From Daphnia carinata (Eukaryota): DNA of 64,000 nt. The DNA lies in contig NC_081331.1 of assembly GCF_022539665.2 (NCBI RefSeq), positions 10,292,001-10,356,000 on the forward strand, given 5' to 3'. The position numbers and the translations under genes were made by a program. The notes beneath the pieces are model-generated. The model was not told where the DNA came from, searched no databases, and saw only the letters and a list, made by a program, of their open reading frames with translations. Position 1 is the first letter of the stretch. Each line of letters starts with the position of its first letter. Below, piece by piece: positions 63,935 to 64,000 of the stretch.

Positions 63935-64000
63935 GTGTTCAACCTGTCGCTGCCCAGGAAGGAGATCGGACTGTGGAATCCTCGTGTGCTGGACGTCGGT
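63935..64000 (+). CDS. Tns: Tensin phosphatase domain, next exon, truncated by the window edge (VFNLSLPRKEIGLWNPRVLDVG)
   Basis: Acceptor gatgcag|. Matches tensin LFNLSE.R.D...LNPKV.DFGW. Confidence 0.9.
   Translation, partial: MFNLSLPRKEIGLWNPRVLDVG

Noticed and set aside
1..64000. Hundreds of 60-220 aa ORFs rich in poly-F, poly-K, CVCV and THTH
   Set aside because: They are translations of poly-T/A tracts and dinucleotide microsatellites, with no domain signal or consistent splice structure.
1..64000. CRISPR arrays, rRNA, tRNA, intact transposases or retroelement ORFs
   Set aside because: No regularly spaced repeats, cloverleafs, rRNA signatures or transposase/RT motifs were seen by eye. 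tRNAscan-SE, Infernal and RepeatMasker would be needed to exclude degenerate copies.

Overview
This window is eukaryotic genomic DNA from an arthropod. The very dense A/T homopolymers, microsatellites and short introns suggest a Daphnia-like branchiopod, which is an inference. Almost all ORFs in the six-frame track are low-complexity noise. Reading splice sites by hand gives three intron-containing genes. (1) The 5' end of a voltage-gated calcium channel beta subunit (Ca-beta/CACNB) on the minus strand, with exons 4954-4709 and 2096-2010; the gene continues off the left edge. (2) A complete abrupt orthologue (BTB + 2 C2H2 zinc fingers) on the plus strand, with six coding exons from 19063 to 23860 (2946 nt, 981 aa) and a downstream region carrying let-7 sites. 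(3) The 5' half of a full-length tensin on the plus strand: a Cys-rich first exon, a C1 domain split over three small exons, and the start of the PTEN-like phosphatase domain, from 36009 to past 64000. The most interesting observations are the probable ancient linkage of Ca-beta, abrupt and tensin; the let-7 and miR-96/263b site clusters behind abrupt; a tensin that keeps the C1/PTP module with candidate alternative N-termini; and a structured, possibly spliced non-coding island between abrupt and tensin. No prokaryotic system, CRISPR array, rRNA, tRNA or intact transposon could be supported. Homology statements come from recalled family sequences, not from a database search.
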